A stretch of DNA of 64,000 nucleotides from Octopus vulgaris (Eukaryota), in NCBI GenBank assembly GCA_951406725.2, contig OX597826.1:75454001-75518000 (forward strand), read 5' to 3'. Shown here piece by piece: positions 41,100 through 55,060 of the stretch. The stretch's first letter is position 1. Each line of letters begins with the position of its first letter. The translations under genes were made by a program, and so were the position numbers. Below the pieces are notes generated by a model. The model saw only the letters and a list, made by a program, of their open reading frames with translations, did no database searches and was not told the origin of the DNA.

Positions 41100-41384
41100 T
41101 GTATGTATGCATGTGTGTGTATATGTTTGTGTGTTTGTGTTTGTCTCTCCAACATCGCTTGACAACCAATGATGGTGTGTTTACGTTCCCGTAACTTAGC
41201 AGTTCGGCAAAAGAGACCGATTGAATAAGTTGTAATAGATAAGCAAACACATTAAGATACGAATTAAAGTATGATAAAATAAAATAAAATAAATGTCCTA
41301 TATATTGAATTCCGTGTATAATAATGACTCTTCACAAAATATGTCCATAGCTAAACAGTCAGATGCAGGCAGGAAACAAGGCAT

Positions 41385-41437
<53 letters not shown>

Positions 41438-41903
41438 ACTATATCTTCCATTCTATATAAAGTCCATGTACTCAAATAATCGAATGTCAAGTAAAAGTCG
41501 ATAAATGTCCTTAAAATTACACACAAACGTCTGCAACGGAACGATAGATGAAACATCAATGATGGATCGAAAATAATCAGCGTCGAACAAATCTCTCTCT
41601 TTCTCTCTCTCTTTATCTATCTGTCTAAAAGCGGTGCTCCAGCATGGCCGCAGTCAAATGACTGAAACAAGCAAATGAGTAAAAGACTATATATATAGAT
41701 GTAAGACAAAAGACGCAGCAGGTATATTGGTTTGACCCCCACCCGGTAAAAATGGAGAGCCTACTGCTTTTCGAGACTACACTCTTCGAGAAAGAATTAA
41801 GAGGGAATGAAAAAAATGTATAAGAAGGAATGAAAAAAAAAACAGTGTAGAGTTCAGCATTATTTTATATCTGTGTGCATACAGCCATACACACGCACAC
41901 ACA

Positions 41904-41957
<54 letters not shown>

Positions 41958-42228
41958 ATAAAAATGGTAAATAATTTTCCTGTGGTTTTTCATGTAACCA
42001 ACAATTATTTACCGGTAAATTTCGGTATGTAAATACGACAAATTAATTGTCAGGACCTTTGTAAGGTTCAGTATATAGTAAAGAAAAATAAGATGGCTAG
42101 CAGCAAGCTGTTTCGCCTCATACCGAAGGAATTAGAAATGGCAGTCAAAAACGGTCTTTGACTGCCATTTCTAATTCCTTCGGTATGAGGCGAAACAGCT
42201 TGCTGCTAGCCATCTTATTTTTTCTTTA

Positions 42229-42313
<85 letters not shown>

Positions 42314-42565
42314 ACATATAACTTGATGAGTAGATAAACAGGAAGAGAAATAAAGATTAGTGACTGAAGGAAGGGGTAGCAACGTGTGTCACATGACAGT
42401 TATTGACACCTAAACTAATGCATCTCATAATGTGCATATGTCTATGCGCTTCTGCATCGCATGCTTTGCTAGAATTTCTGCAAGTAGGTATAGGCTCGTG
42501 TTCCTTGCGCAAATAGGTAAAAGATGAAAGATGAAAGTAGGTTCTACATTACGATATGATGTTGG

Positions 42566-42804
42566 CTATGTATAAGTATGTATGTAAGTATGTATGTATG
42601 TATGTATGTATGTATGTATGTATGTATGTATGTATGTATGTATGTATGTATGTATGTATGTGTGTATGTATGTATGTATGTATGTATGTATGTATGTATG
42701 TATGTATGTATGTATGTATGTATGTATGTATGTATGTATGTATGTATGTATGTATGTATGTATGTATGTATGTATGTATGTATGTATGTATGTATGTATG
42801 TATG

Positions 42805-42838
<34 letters not shown>

Positions 42839-42852
42839 TTTATGTATGTATG
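42566..42852. repeat. (TATG)n microsatellite, about 290 bp
   Basis: Read directly. Confidence 0.95.
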
Positions 42853-42925
42853 TGCAAATTTGTATGTTTTATGTATGTATTCTCATGCATACTGTTGCAT
42901 ATCTAGACATGCTCATATATATTTA

Positions 42926-43526
42926 AATGATAAACTTCTGGAAAGTTTTACAGATTTTTACAGTTCCAGTGATGAATTGAACCTGTAGTCTTCGAATTAG
43001 CTTTGTCTTTCCTGGTTTTGAGAAGCCTATTTTCTCAAGATTGGTATTTAGGCAGTATGTTACATATCCCAGGTCTCCGATAGTTACAGGTATAAACCTG
43101 AACTTGTAACCTGGATAGAGTAACTGCAGATTTCTCAATAGTTCAGCGTAGGTGTTCTCTTTTTCACTGATCTTCAGCTAATTTCCACAACTGTGCACAG
43201 TTTCTCCAAGAGACCACCATCTCTTGGCAGTGTGCTTCTAAAGTAAACAAACGTGTCACTAACTTATAATTTTGTTCCTTTCACAAAAATGTTTGGTTCA
43301 GAATTTGCTTGTCCTGGCACCGGAGTAGACATTACTTTGGTTTTCCCCAGAATAATTGCGAGTCCGAAATGTACATATGCAGTGGAAAATCTGTCCCTTA
43401 AATGTTACCTATCCCCCCCACCTCTGATTCAGCCAACAAATTAGCATCCTCAGCATAAAGTAATTCTCCAACAAGTGTTTTGAAAGTCTTTGCTTTGCTG
43501 TTAAACCGGCTCAAATTTAAAATGCG
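42926..43526 (-). mobile_element. Duplicated composite of an RLE-LINE 3' end and an RTE fragment; second copy at 44037-44636
   Basis: YAELLRNLQLLYPGYKFRFIPVTIG.LG resembles the C-terminus of an R4/Dong restriction-like endonuclease. About 600 bp is repeated almost exactly 1110 bp away. Confidence 0.75.
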
Positions 43527-44309
43527 TCTGATATTCTCATTTAAATATGAATAGGTAAATTCGGGCGGCTTGGTAACGAAAGGGTTTATATAAGTGTCGT
43601 CTGTTTATACATAAACACTGTTTCATAGTTTCAGTTTAGTCTTCCTCAAATCACTGTCGCTAATTTACTCTCTTCCAAGAACATTTTCACTCACTGTTAT
43701 CTGTTAGCTTCCCATACATTTTACTCGTGTATCTATCAGCGTGATAGACAGAAACAAATATTACATTTACTTTCATTTTATTCGTTGCCCACTGTGTGTG
43801 TGCGTTTGCGTGTGGTGTAAACCAGACTAAGAAAAGCATTTGACACACACACCAGAATGTGAGTTTTCTGTAAATTTTGCTTAATTGGAGTTTAAATTTT
43901 AAAAACTGGACCTGGCATGACGCGATGCATTGTACTCTTAAAACTGCTAGGTAAATTGTAATTGAAGAAATCCTATATTGTAGATTTGTATAACTCCCAA
44001 AGGGAGGCAGAAAAAATCTGCCTTTTATAATAAGAGATGATAAACTTCTGGAAAGTTTTACAGATTTTTACAGTTCCAGTGATGAATTGAACCTGTAGTC
44101 TTCTAATTAGCTTTGTCTTTCCTGGTTTTGAGAAGCCTATTTTCTCAAGATTGGTATTTAGGCAGTATGTTACATATCCCAGGTCTCCGATAGTTACAGG
44201 TATAAACCTGAACTTGTAACCTGGATAGAGTAACTGCAGATTTCTCAATAGTACAGCGTAGGTGTTCTCTTTTTCACTGATCTTCAGCTAATTTCCACAA
44301 CTGTGCACA

Positions 44310-46920
44310 GTTTCTCCAAGAGACCACCATCTCTTGGCAGTGTGCTTCTAAAGTAAACAAACGTGTCACTAACTTATAATTTTGTTCCTTTCACAAAAAT
44401 GTTTGGTTCAGAATTTGCTTGTCCTGGCACCGGAGTAGACATTACTTTGGTTTTCCCCAGAATAATTGCGAGTCCGAAATGTACATATGCAGTGGAAAAT
44501 CTGTCCATTAAATGTTACCTATCCCCCCCACCTCTGATTCAGCCAACAAATTAGCATCCTCAGCATAAAGTAATTCTCCAACAAGTGTTTTGAAAGTCTT
44601 TGCTTTTCTGTTAAACCGGCTCAAATTTAAAATGCGACCAGATGTCCGAAATTTGATTCCGTTTCTCCTGTTGCAATCCTTGAAAGCATACCAAAGCGAT
44701 GCAGCAAAATAAATAGAGAAAAGTGTAGGGGCAGGAGTATCTCCTTGTTTGACACCGTTGTCCACTGAAAATTCATGAGATATCTCACCATTAAAGAGTA
44801 CCCGAGCTTTCATGTTCCTTAAAGATGCTCACAAAATGTGTGGGGTAACCAAACAATCGACAGTGCCTCTCTGTTTAACGTATCAAATGCCTTATGAAGA
44901 CCTGATATAGTAGCATTTGTTCCTCTATGCATTTCTCTTGAACCTGTCTCACAGAAAATATCATGTCCATTGTTCCTCGCTCAGGTTTGAAACCACGCTG
45001 TTCTTTAGGAATCACATTTGGACACACATTCTCAACGAGACGATCTAACATGATCGTGGAAAGTATCTTTCTGGTATGTGCCAGGAGAGTTATCCCTCTA
45101 GAATGACCACACACTGCTTTTTGGCCCCTTACCCTTGTATACAGAGATTAGAATGCCATTTATCCATTCTTGTGTCACAGAAGACTCATTCCAAACTTGA
45201 GTTACTAGGTTATGAATTTCAGATGAAATATGATCTCCACCTGCTCTCATAATTTCAACTCGAATAACATCCAATCCAGCAGCTTTATCTGAGCTCAATT
45301 TGCATAATGCCAGATTAACCTCTTCAATAGAAGATGTATTGTTCGTGTGTTCATCTCTCTTTGCGGAATGTTGTTTATGATATCCATGTTCACTACATTT
45401 TAGCAGACGCAACCCATTCTTGTTCACCTTTCGTATTCTGTAACTATTCTGTAACGCCCAAGTACATTCCAAACACCATAGTCTCTACCAACACATGTAT
45501 TAAAGTCACCAAGTACAGCCAACTACTCATTCAAAGGCACTGACAGAATACTTCTCCTAAGCTCTTCATAAAACGCATGAATATTTTCCTCACTAGCTGA
45601 AAGTATAGGAGCATAAACGGGGAAAACAGTTACAAAACGTATACAAGAATGAAGGATCCGTAGTTTCATTATGCGTGTATATATGCTTTGTGGTTGTTCT
45701 AGGTCTTTTAGCAAATCACTTCTAATTATAAACCCAACACCGCTTTCCCTTTACTCTCCTTTCGGCTTCCCAACCCAGAATAATGTGAAACCTGCCGCTT
45801 TTCCGACAAGATGATCTTCATCTGAACATCTTATTTCAGAAAGAGCTGCAATATCAACATTAAGACGACTTAGCTCCTTAGTTACTAGAGCTGTTCTTCA
45901 TTCAGGTATATCTGCTCGATCTAAAAGGGTTCTCACATTCCAACAGGCCAAGTTAAGAGAAACTTTTTCCCTTGCATACTTGCTATCATTGCTTATATCA
46001 ATTCTTTGTTAATTCTTGCTCAATTGAACCACATTTAGCTGCAGTAAACTAATCAGCAGAAACAGGACAGTCACTTTTTAGTGCACCTTCTCTAGCACCT
46101 TCCCAGTATATCCAGGTGAGCAGTGTTCTCCTTAAAAGGACTGATCAGACACAGTATTCTCCACCAATAACAGTCCTTGTCCATGAAAACACGTTAGCGA
46201 TGTTAAGATAAGAACCCTGCCGCCTTATGTGCAGATTTGTAACTGTATGCTTCCAACCGGTCAGGTCTGCATACATCGCCACGCCTCTATCGCCATAGGA
46301 CTTTTGAAAAATGATTGTACGATGGTGGTGTTTTGCCGAGGATGTCTGTACTTCATTAGATTTCAGTGACAAACACTTGTACAAAACTTTTGCCACTCTC
46401 TGGGTCAAAATAGTAGATTCCATTGACAAGCAAAGCAAGATGACTAGTACTAAGGTGACAGCAGGTTTTATATCGGGGTACCTTCTCCTAGGCTTTTCCT
46501 CAAAAGAAGACCTCAAGCCAGCAGTGGTAAGTGAATTTGAATTCAGAGCTTAATTCTCCTATACTGGTTTTCCTAATCAAGACTTCGTTTCAAAACAGGG
46601 GCCCAGTCTGACCCCATCAACACTCATGGCTTTGATAGTGCAGCCAATTAAGGGACTGTCATTACTACGACCTGGTTTTATGTCAGAGTGTCCTTCTCCT
46701 AGAAGAGTTGCCTTCACCACAGCTAGTGAGCCCCATCTATCCACCCCCTCAGAAACTACACATGAGCTCTTCTACCCTTTGACAGGTCTTTTCTTCCTGC
46801 AGGGTGTCCAACAATTACCCTCTTCGCCAAGTAAGCTTGGTGGGTTTGCCAGTTTAGTCGCCGTCTACCCGACCGTGCAACAGGTTGCACTGGATTACAT
46901 GTTACCAGTAAACGCCCAAT
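44310..46920 (-). mobile_element. Degenerate RTE-clade LINE (5' UTR, APE, RT), 3' end missing
   Basis: APE LNLACWNVRTLLDR...DIAALSE and GVGFII; RT RGITLL, QRGFKPERGTMDMIFSVRQVQEKC, GVKQGD..AP.LF, LLYAEDA; RTE-type 5' UTR motif GGCAAC..TCTAGGAGAAGGA. Confidence 0.88.
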
Positions 46921-46956
46921 AACGACCAGACAGATGTAATTATGAATAATTACGCG

Positions 46957-47013
<57 letters not shown>

Positions 47014-47269
47014 GCACGCACGCACACACACAAACACACAAAGCCACTGAGAAATGCTAATGAACTTTTAGGAAAATGACGAAAATAAACAAGACGAATT
47101 ATAATAATTAATAAGTTTTCGTTGTAGGTCTGTTGTATTTTTTTGGGGGGGGGGTATTTGTATAATTATTGTAATTATACAAATCCTTGAAACATTTATG
47201 TAAAGCAACGCTCTGTTCATGCTTTGCAAAAATATTCTTGGAATATTCCTGTGTTCAATACTCAAGTCT

Positions 47270-47440
47270 GTCTCCTTCCTTTTTTGCCTCTGTTTTTCCT
47301 CACCCCCCACTCTCTCTCTCTCTCTCTCTGTTTTCCCTCTCTTTCCCTCCCTAATACTCTCCTCCGTTTCTGCTGTCCCTCTGCCCTCCACGACTCTCTT
47401 TCCCTTTCTCTCTCCTTCCTTTTTTGCCTCTGTTTTTCCT

Positions 47441-47483
<43 letters not shown>

Positions 47484-47575
47484 TCCCTCTCTTTCCCTCC
47501 CTAATACTCTCCTCCGTTTCTGCTATCCCTCTGCCCTCCACGACTCTCTTTCCCTTTCTATTTCCTCCCACCCTC
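47270..47575. repeat. Pyrimidine-rich ~140-bp tandem duplication with (CT)n
   Basis: tctccttccttttttgcctctgtttttcctcacc...cgactctctttccctttc occurs twice. Confidence 0.8.
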
Positions 47576-47966
47576 ACGTGACCGGTGGCTATCTAAGCCC
47601 TTGCCATTCTTTTCCCTTTAGCCTCCATATTGTTCAGTCACGCTTCTTTGCGCTCCGTCACTTGGTCTTCCCGAGTTTGTTTTACTTCTTCCTTCATTGG
47701 TCGAAAGAATTGACAGAGTTTGATTCACAGTGACAAAAGCGAAAGGCGGATATTTCGTTGAGTCTATGATCGAGGGTTTTTCTCTGATATTTTACAGTTT
47801 TGGTTATTTGCTGAGTTAATTATGCCATCCAATGAATGTCTTTATACATTAAGAAAATACTTCACTAGAATCTCTCAGTTATTTCCATTTTGTAGATGTT
47901 TTTTCAAAATAAGTTTAGGTGATCTAAAACTTCTGGATAGGTAGTAGTAGTAGTAGTAGTAGCAGC

Positions 47967-48047
<81 letters not shown>

Positions 48048-48048
<1 letters not shown>

Positions 48049-49924
48049 TGTTGTGTCTGGGGAGAGTCATTTTCTTTTGTGCAATAGTACTTAATAAGGC
48101 ACTTTGGCTTGCTCATAACAAAGCTGGTCTCACCCGAGAAGAAATTAATGTTGTGTTGGCAGCCAGAAGATCTATTATTAAATTTGATAAGTTGTGGGTC
48201 CGTAAAGACACACCAGATAGTTTCGATATATCAATGGGAAGTTCTGATTCAGCACAGATAGCTGATTTGGTCTGTATATATATTCTTTTTGAAATGGCTG
48301 AAGAGTTCCCTAACATTTATGGAGGTCTATATCGTGATGATTGTTTACTTTACCTCCAAAATGTTTCCAACCAAAAGGTACAAAAAGTTAAGAATAGTTT
48401 AGTTAATTTTTTCAGTAGAATGGGCTTAAAAATCGTTTTTGATGACGATCTGACGAAGGCCAACTTTTTAGATATTACGCTTAATTTACACAGTGACTCT
48501 TACTTCCCATATCATAAACCGTTGACCAATCTTAAGTACACTAGCAAATTTAGTAATCATCCTGGAGCAATTACTAAGAATTTAGTTAAGAATATTTCAT
48601 TTAGATTATCTAAATTATCTGCTAATGTTGATATTTTCAATAATAACGCTGAATTCTATAACTCTGCCTTAATCAAAGCAGGTTATACAGAAAAAATTTT
48701 CTACATTGATTCTGCTCAGTCTAATTGTAAATTCAATAATGTAGATAAGATTTCTAGTCGTAAAAGAATTATTGATAACAAACATAACTTACGCACCGAT
48801 TCAAAGCGAATGAAGGCAGATAACCCTTATTTATTCCCCTATTACCGATCTAAAAGTAAATATAACACCTTCAAAAGTAATTACGCTATGAATACTGGTA
48901 AAAATATTTGGTTAATAATTCCTTACGGGAGACAAATTAAATCTAATCTCCCACTGCTGTTTCGTCAAGCTATTGCTAGGAATTTTCCAAACAATTCTAG
49001 ATATTACTCTATAATTAATTCACATAAGGTTAGGATAGGTTTTTCAAACACAAAAAATCTCTTGCAAATTATATCTTCTCATAATAACAAACTGTTAAAT
49101 ATTAATACATTTACTAATACTAACATTAATTTAGCTAATACCATCCAACCCTCTAGAAATATTAATAACAAGGTTATTGTATCTGAAGTCAATTCCAATA
49201 GAATTAAATTTATGTCAAGTAACTCTAAGATTAAAAATTCTATATACCAGTGTATAATCAGTACTCGTAATAAAGTACGATTTTACATTGGAAGCACATC
49301 GTTAGAGTTATCTAAAAGAATTTCTATCCATTACTCAACATTTAGGGATAGAAATAAACGGAATAGTACCGGTCTCAGCAAACTGATTTGGGATTTAAAA
49401 GACCACAATGAACAATTTCATTTAGAATGGTTGATCCTCTCAATTTCGATACCATATGACAAAGGCAAGAAATTCTGTCTTCTCTGCAATTCTGAGCTAT
49501 TTTTCATTATTTTTTCTAAAAATACTCTAGTAAACACGGTTATAGAACGAGCATACAGATGTAAGCATTGGCAGAAACATACTTTTAGTGCATATAAGTA
49601 GTCTCTATCATTATATATAGTTTAAACTTTAATTTCCTTTATATTTAACATTCACTATTAATATCCCTACTCTTTCTGTTAGCTACTTATGACGTTATAT
49701 CATATAACGTTTTTTTAAACAATATTAATAGCGTTCTGTCTATCGCTATACGAATCCATCATTTTTTGCTAAAATGTCGTATTGACGAGTTTCGTTTTTT
49801 CACTTTCCCGAAGAGAAGATTGCATTGTTTATATCTTTTATTCTTTTGAATAGTATCAGTGGAATTTTCGAAACATGTAGAAAGTAAAAATACTTGTTTA
49901 AACCTGCGTTAACTCCATTTTTTA

Positions 49925-49927
<3 letters not shown>
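48048..49927 (+). mobile_element. 5'-truncated Naiad-type Penelope-like retroelement; uninterrupted ORF 48051-49601 (RT C-terminal half and GIY-YIG endonuclease)
   Basis: FDISMGSSDSAQIADLV, GLYRDD, NFLDITLNL, SNHP; IYQC...FYIGSTS, STGLSKLIW.LK, CLLCNSE, RCKH; flanked on both sides by (TA)n. Confidence 0.9.
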
Positions 49928-49989
<62 letters not shown>

Positions 49990-50360
49990 GTATGTATGTA
50001 TATGTATGAAGTTGAAAACCAAGAGAAGAGTGGAGATTTATTCACAGCCAAAACTTTTTTATTAAGATGTTTTCTACAGCATATATAACAATGACCGATA
50101 TATGTTTCTACTGCAGCAACTGCACATTGCTTCTTATGCAATTATGCTTTCTAGTCGCTGCAATTTCTTCAAGGGTCCATCACTTACGACATTTTCAAAG
50201 TGAGCTAATTCAAACAAGCTTCCTGCGTTGGTATTCTGTTGAAGGTGATAGCGTCATTTCTTAAAATCGAATTCTGCTCTTATAATCACCTCTGCTCGTA
50301 TTACAGTTGAATCTTGGTCTTAAAATGTATATCTATATTACAATTGTAGCAATTTTTTAA

Positions 50361-52457
50361 CCCTAGGACAACGGTTTCTTTTATGAAGCGACTGAATTGC
50401 ATTGACGGTAATTATCTCGGCTGAGACCAGCAATTAGCGCACGACAATGGTTCGGCGTATATTTACGTCAACCGCTTTTGTGCAAATACCGTTTATTTAC
50501 CTAAACTATATCCCTCTCCAAGAAGCTCATGCAGTTTTCTTCCCGAATAAGATCACACGACAGCACTACTCAGATCAGCTTCATGTATTTACAATCACGT
50601 GAACTCAAAACTTGGCTTTCGTGTGTGGTAGCGTTCAAAACGGAGTACCACATATCACATTGTGAACAATGGTGTCTAATTTCCTTACGTTTCACTTTTG
50701 CTTTTCATACTGTGCATCTCTTTAAAGCGTTTGTGTTCTTGGCGGTGGGGGAAGCGGTAGTGGAAAATATCAATGTTCCTTCACCATGCGATGAGGGGAG
50801 AGTCCGGCGTAGGGACATCTACGCGTTCTGTACTTTAGCAGGCCTCATGTTTCTATCATTTCACGGAACAATAAATTCCTGTCTGTCAATCCATCCCCCA
50901 CACTGCCAAACATCTGCCAAATGAAATTTGAGTTCACGGCACACATGTCAACTATATACTAGAAGAGTTTTTGTGCTATTTCACAAATTTTCCCTCCAAT
51001 TTGTGTGTCGTAGCCAGCTAACCTGAGCTATCGACCCCACCCATCCCTTCATTGTATGAAACAACTACACTCGGTTTCAGTATGGCATTACTGTCCATAT
51101 CTTCTTTCCTAGTGTCCTTAACTCTTGCAGAATGCATTGTGCATAACATGCAGATGTTTTTCTTGTCATACCACACTAGAATGAGAATGCCACTATCGGT
51201 GCATCGGTACGCTGTTTACTCCTTTCGAAGTTTTATCTTGTGAAGATTGGGCGGCATGTTTTTCCTGTGCTTCCTCACAGTCCTACAGGCATTAATCCTC
51301 ACCTGCAAGAAGCGGTCTCAACTGGAAAACCAGTTGTCCATATCAATATTGTAGCCTTTGTCAACATGACATCAGTTGATGCTAGAGTAGATGGGAAAAG
51401 ATCCAATCTGGCCTGACAAATGTAGATTTTGTAATTTCACGTGTACCCACAGGCTCTGCCAGTTGACTGGCATACTTTATAAACCTTGATTCCAAAGCCG
51501 GCACGTTTGGTCAGGTTGTATTGTTTGAAGTGGAGCCTTCCCTTGAATTTCCAGAAACTCTCGTCCATACAAGTGTCCTGTGTGGGGATACACATCATTC
51601 TGAAATTGTCAGCCACTTCATTAATGATGTATTTTGTGCAGCCTGTTATCCTGGTTCTCGCCTGTGTTGAAATGTAGATTTTGAAGAAGCGTCAAAAATC
51701 CATCACGTAGCATTGTTTCCGGAAAGAAAGGTGTCGAAGTGACTGGATCCTGATTACAATATGATGCCAAGGTTGGTTTCTTCACGATGTCCATCCATAT
51801 CAGCAAGGCAAACAGAACTTTGATTTCGTTCCCTGTGGTTGGGAAACCAATCACTGCCATGCCCGTGTCTGTCATGCCGGAGATGGTTTTCAGCTTAGTC
51901 ATTCATTTCGTCCGCTAAATATTGGAACATTTCATCCGTAAAAAACTCATGGAAGATTTCCATTGGCAAACATCCATATTCAAGGTTTGCTTTTATGCTG
52001 GGTGTACCAGTAAACCCATGCCGTCGGACGAAATTAATCTCTCGCTAGCCACACGGCATTCTGTTGTCGGGAGTTTTTCAGTGCTGCCCGGCTGTACCGT
52101 TGATTCACCGGAATATCATCATCGCTATCGGAATCATCTGTTTCCGAACTAGGAAAATACTCACTCTCCGAGTCATCGTCCAAACCCGAAGAAACAACTG
52201 GTGAGGTGGTGGAGTCTGGTGTGATTTGGCGCGATGACCGTAAATTCAACGAAAGAGGACGCGACGTCGAAGTTGACGGAGCCAGAGTTGCAAGACGAGT
52301 CTATTGGGTTGTAAATATTTACATGAAGCATCTAATTGACCTCTCAGTTGGCAACTGAACCGGTACTAACTCACTGAGACACGGCAAACGGCGTATAACC
52401 ACCGATTTAAAGCATATTCACTGTGTGCGTACATTTACGACCACAGTTTTAAAAGGG
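50361..52457 (-). mobile_element. Degenerate piggyBac (PGBD4-like) transposon
   Basis: TTAA|CCCT...AGGG|TTAA ends; remnants CMDESFWKFKGRLHFKQYNLTKRAGFGIKV, MDNWFSS and ACRTVRKHRKNMPP; acidic Ser-rich N-terminus. Confidence 0.85.
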
Positions 52458-52680
52458 TTAATTCAGAGGTATTTAACTTCATTTGGCTCTATATTCAGTT
52501 AATATTATTGTTATAATTATATTTAATCGTAATCTTTGCATAAATATCATTAATTATCAGAATCATTATTTTAACTAGTGTAATTACTATAGATGATAAG
52601 TCGTGTTTATTTAAATCGTTCAAGCGTATATTTTTGTCCATAGAAGACATCTCATTGCCTGTTCGTGTCTAGTGTTTAGA

Positions 52681-53300
<620 letters not shown>

Positions 53301-53375
53301 GAATTCTATCATATTTGAAGAAGTATTGAGATCTTTTATGCAGTGTGTTATCCAAGTCGTATGCATCCCTGGTAG

Positions 53376-53735
53376 ATACGACAGGGGCTGAAAAGTTTAT
53401 GCGCTGACTATGAAGGAATGGTCCTGGTGCTATTAATTTCAGCGCTTCTAATTGACGACTGCATTATTTCTCTCCAGATAAACTGACTTCGGACTGTTCA
53501 AAGAACACTTTTAGGGTAATTGGCAGCGACTTCTCTTGAAAACGGGTAAAGTTTGGCATCGTGGTATTATCAAGTACCTGCAGAAAAAGAGCTTATCTCC
53601 CAATGGCATTTATGCTAAAATGGTAGCTACATTAAGGGATGACGTTCCAGTTTTATCAACAACTCGAAAGCGGGCAGTTGAATTTGGAAGATGAAGAGAG
53701 GGTCTTGAAGATGACCTGACGTCTGGACTTTTCTT
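53376..53735 (+). mobile_element. Old mariner 5' fragment
   Basis: tacgacaggggctgaaaagttt end, with remnants HRGIIKYLQKK.LSP..IYAKMVATL.DD.P and LEDD..SG. Confidence 0.6.
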
Positions 53736-54852
53736 CCGATCCCCGGATATGGAATAGTATGCTGAACACTACGACTTTTGTTATTATAATTCGTACAAAG
53801 AAATACGTACCATGTCGAACTTTTACGTTTTACTCTCTATATACATCATTACCATTTATCTGCTTATCATTTCCACTGCTTCAAAGTCGCTATCATCTTT
53901 CTACCAATACCCGTTTTCTGATTCCTCTAGGTTATATATTTTCTCTCTTTCTCTCAAACAGCATATATTTCTCTATCCGAAGAAGCTATTCCTCAAAACG
54001 TCAGCATCCACATTTCTTGATGACATGCGTACATACTGAAAAACGAGAACTTATGTTTATTCATAGAAATCGTCCACAGACCACCATTAGTCTCTACACC
54101 ATTGTATCTAGAGAACACGTATCTCTTATGTACTGAAGCGGAATTAAATTACTGTTAAATGTAATAATCTTGTAATAGTCTTGTGTCAACGTTTGTAAAT
54201 AATAATTTCCAATTTGAGCAGAAAAGCATTAATTTTGAAGAGAAGGTTTCGCATTAAACCCAGTTCTTGGTTGGCTGGTATTTTATTTTATCGATCACGA
54301 AAAGACGAAAGCGAAAGATGACCTAGGAAGAAATAGGACTGAGACGGTGAAACAGTTAGACAAATTACTGCAGGATATAATGTCCGGCGGTCAAAATAAC
54401 CACCACCACCACCACCACGAACAACAACAACAACAACACTAGTAAACAATTACCTTCGTCAGCATGAAACTAACGACTAACAGAGAGAAAAATATTTTGG
54501 AGATATACTCAACATTGAAACACACATGTAATTTATCACATTGAAATTATTTGAGACCAAAATTTAAATCGAGTTCGTATGTTCCACTGTTTTGATGCCC
54601 GTTCCATTCGAGAGGATTCCATTACAGCACTTAATCGCTTCCCAATGTCACCAGTTAGCTCGTCGCAGATTTTGTCCCCGCATTGAAAGTCAGAGATTTG
54701 TACATTTGTAATAATAAAAAATAAATGTAATGAACAATTAGCAAATATCTAAACTAAAGCAACATATTGACGTAAATGTGATTTTAAATGTTTCGACATT
54801 TCATGTTTGTTTACATTAAACTCAAAAATCCTGCTAAAGATTTTCTACAAAT

Positions 54853-55060
54853 CTACAAATTGTCCATGTCTTCAAGTGTTTGAAGTAAACAAGCATCCTT
54901 CGTTTCAGGAAGTAAAAGGACCAGCAAACCAGCAACAATTCCGAAGACTCCAAAGATGCTTAGCGGTATCCAAGAACCGTATACAGAAAGTCCAAGCATC
55001 GGTGCTGAAATGAGACCACCAAATCGAGCAAATGATGAAGCAATTCCCATGCCACCGTTG
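54853..55060 (-). CDS. SLC22-like gene C, last coding exon
   Basis: 208 nt; near-identical paralog of 12472-12679, including the splice site and stop codon. Confidence 0.92.

Noticed and set aside
48051-49927. Selenoprotein-type Naiad (UGA read as Sec)
   Set aside because: Some Naiads are reported to encode Sec, but this ORF has no in-frame TGA and ends in TAG. The TGA in the 29-kb fragment is not at a Cys position.
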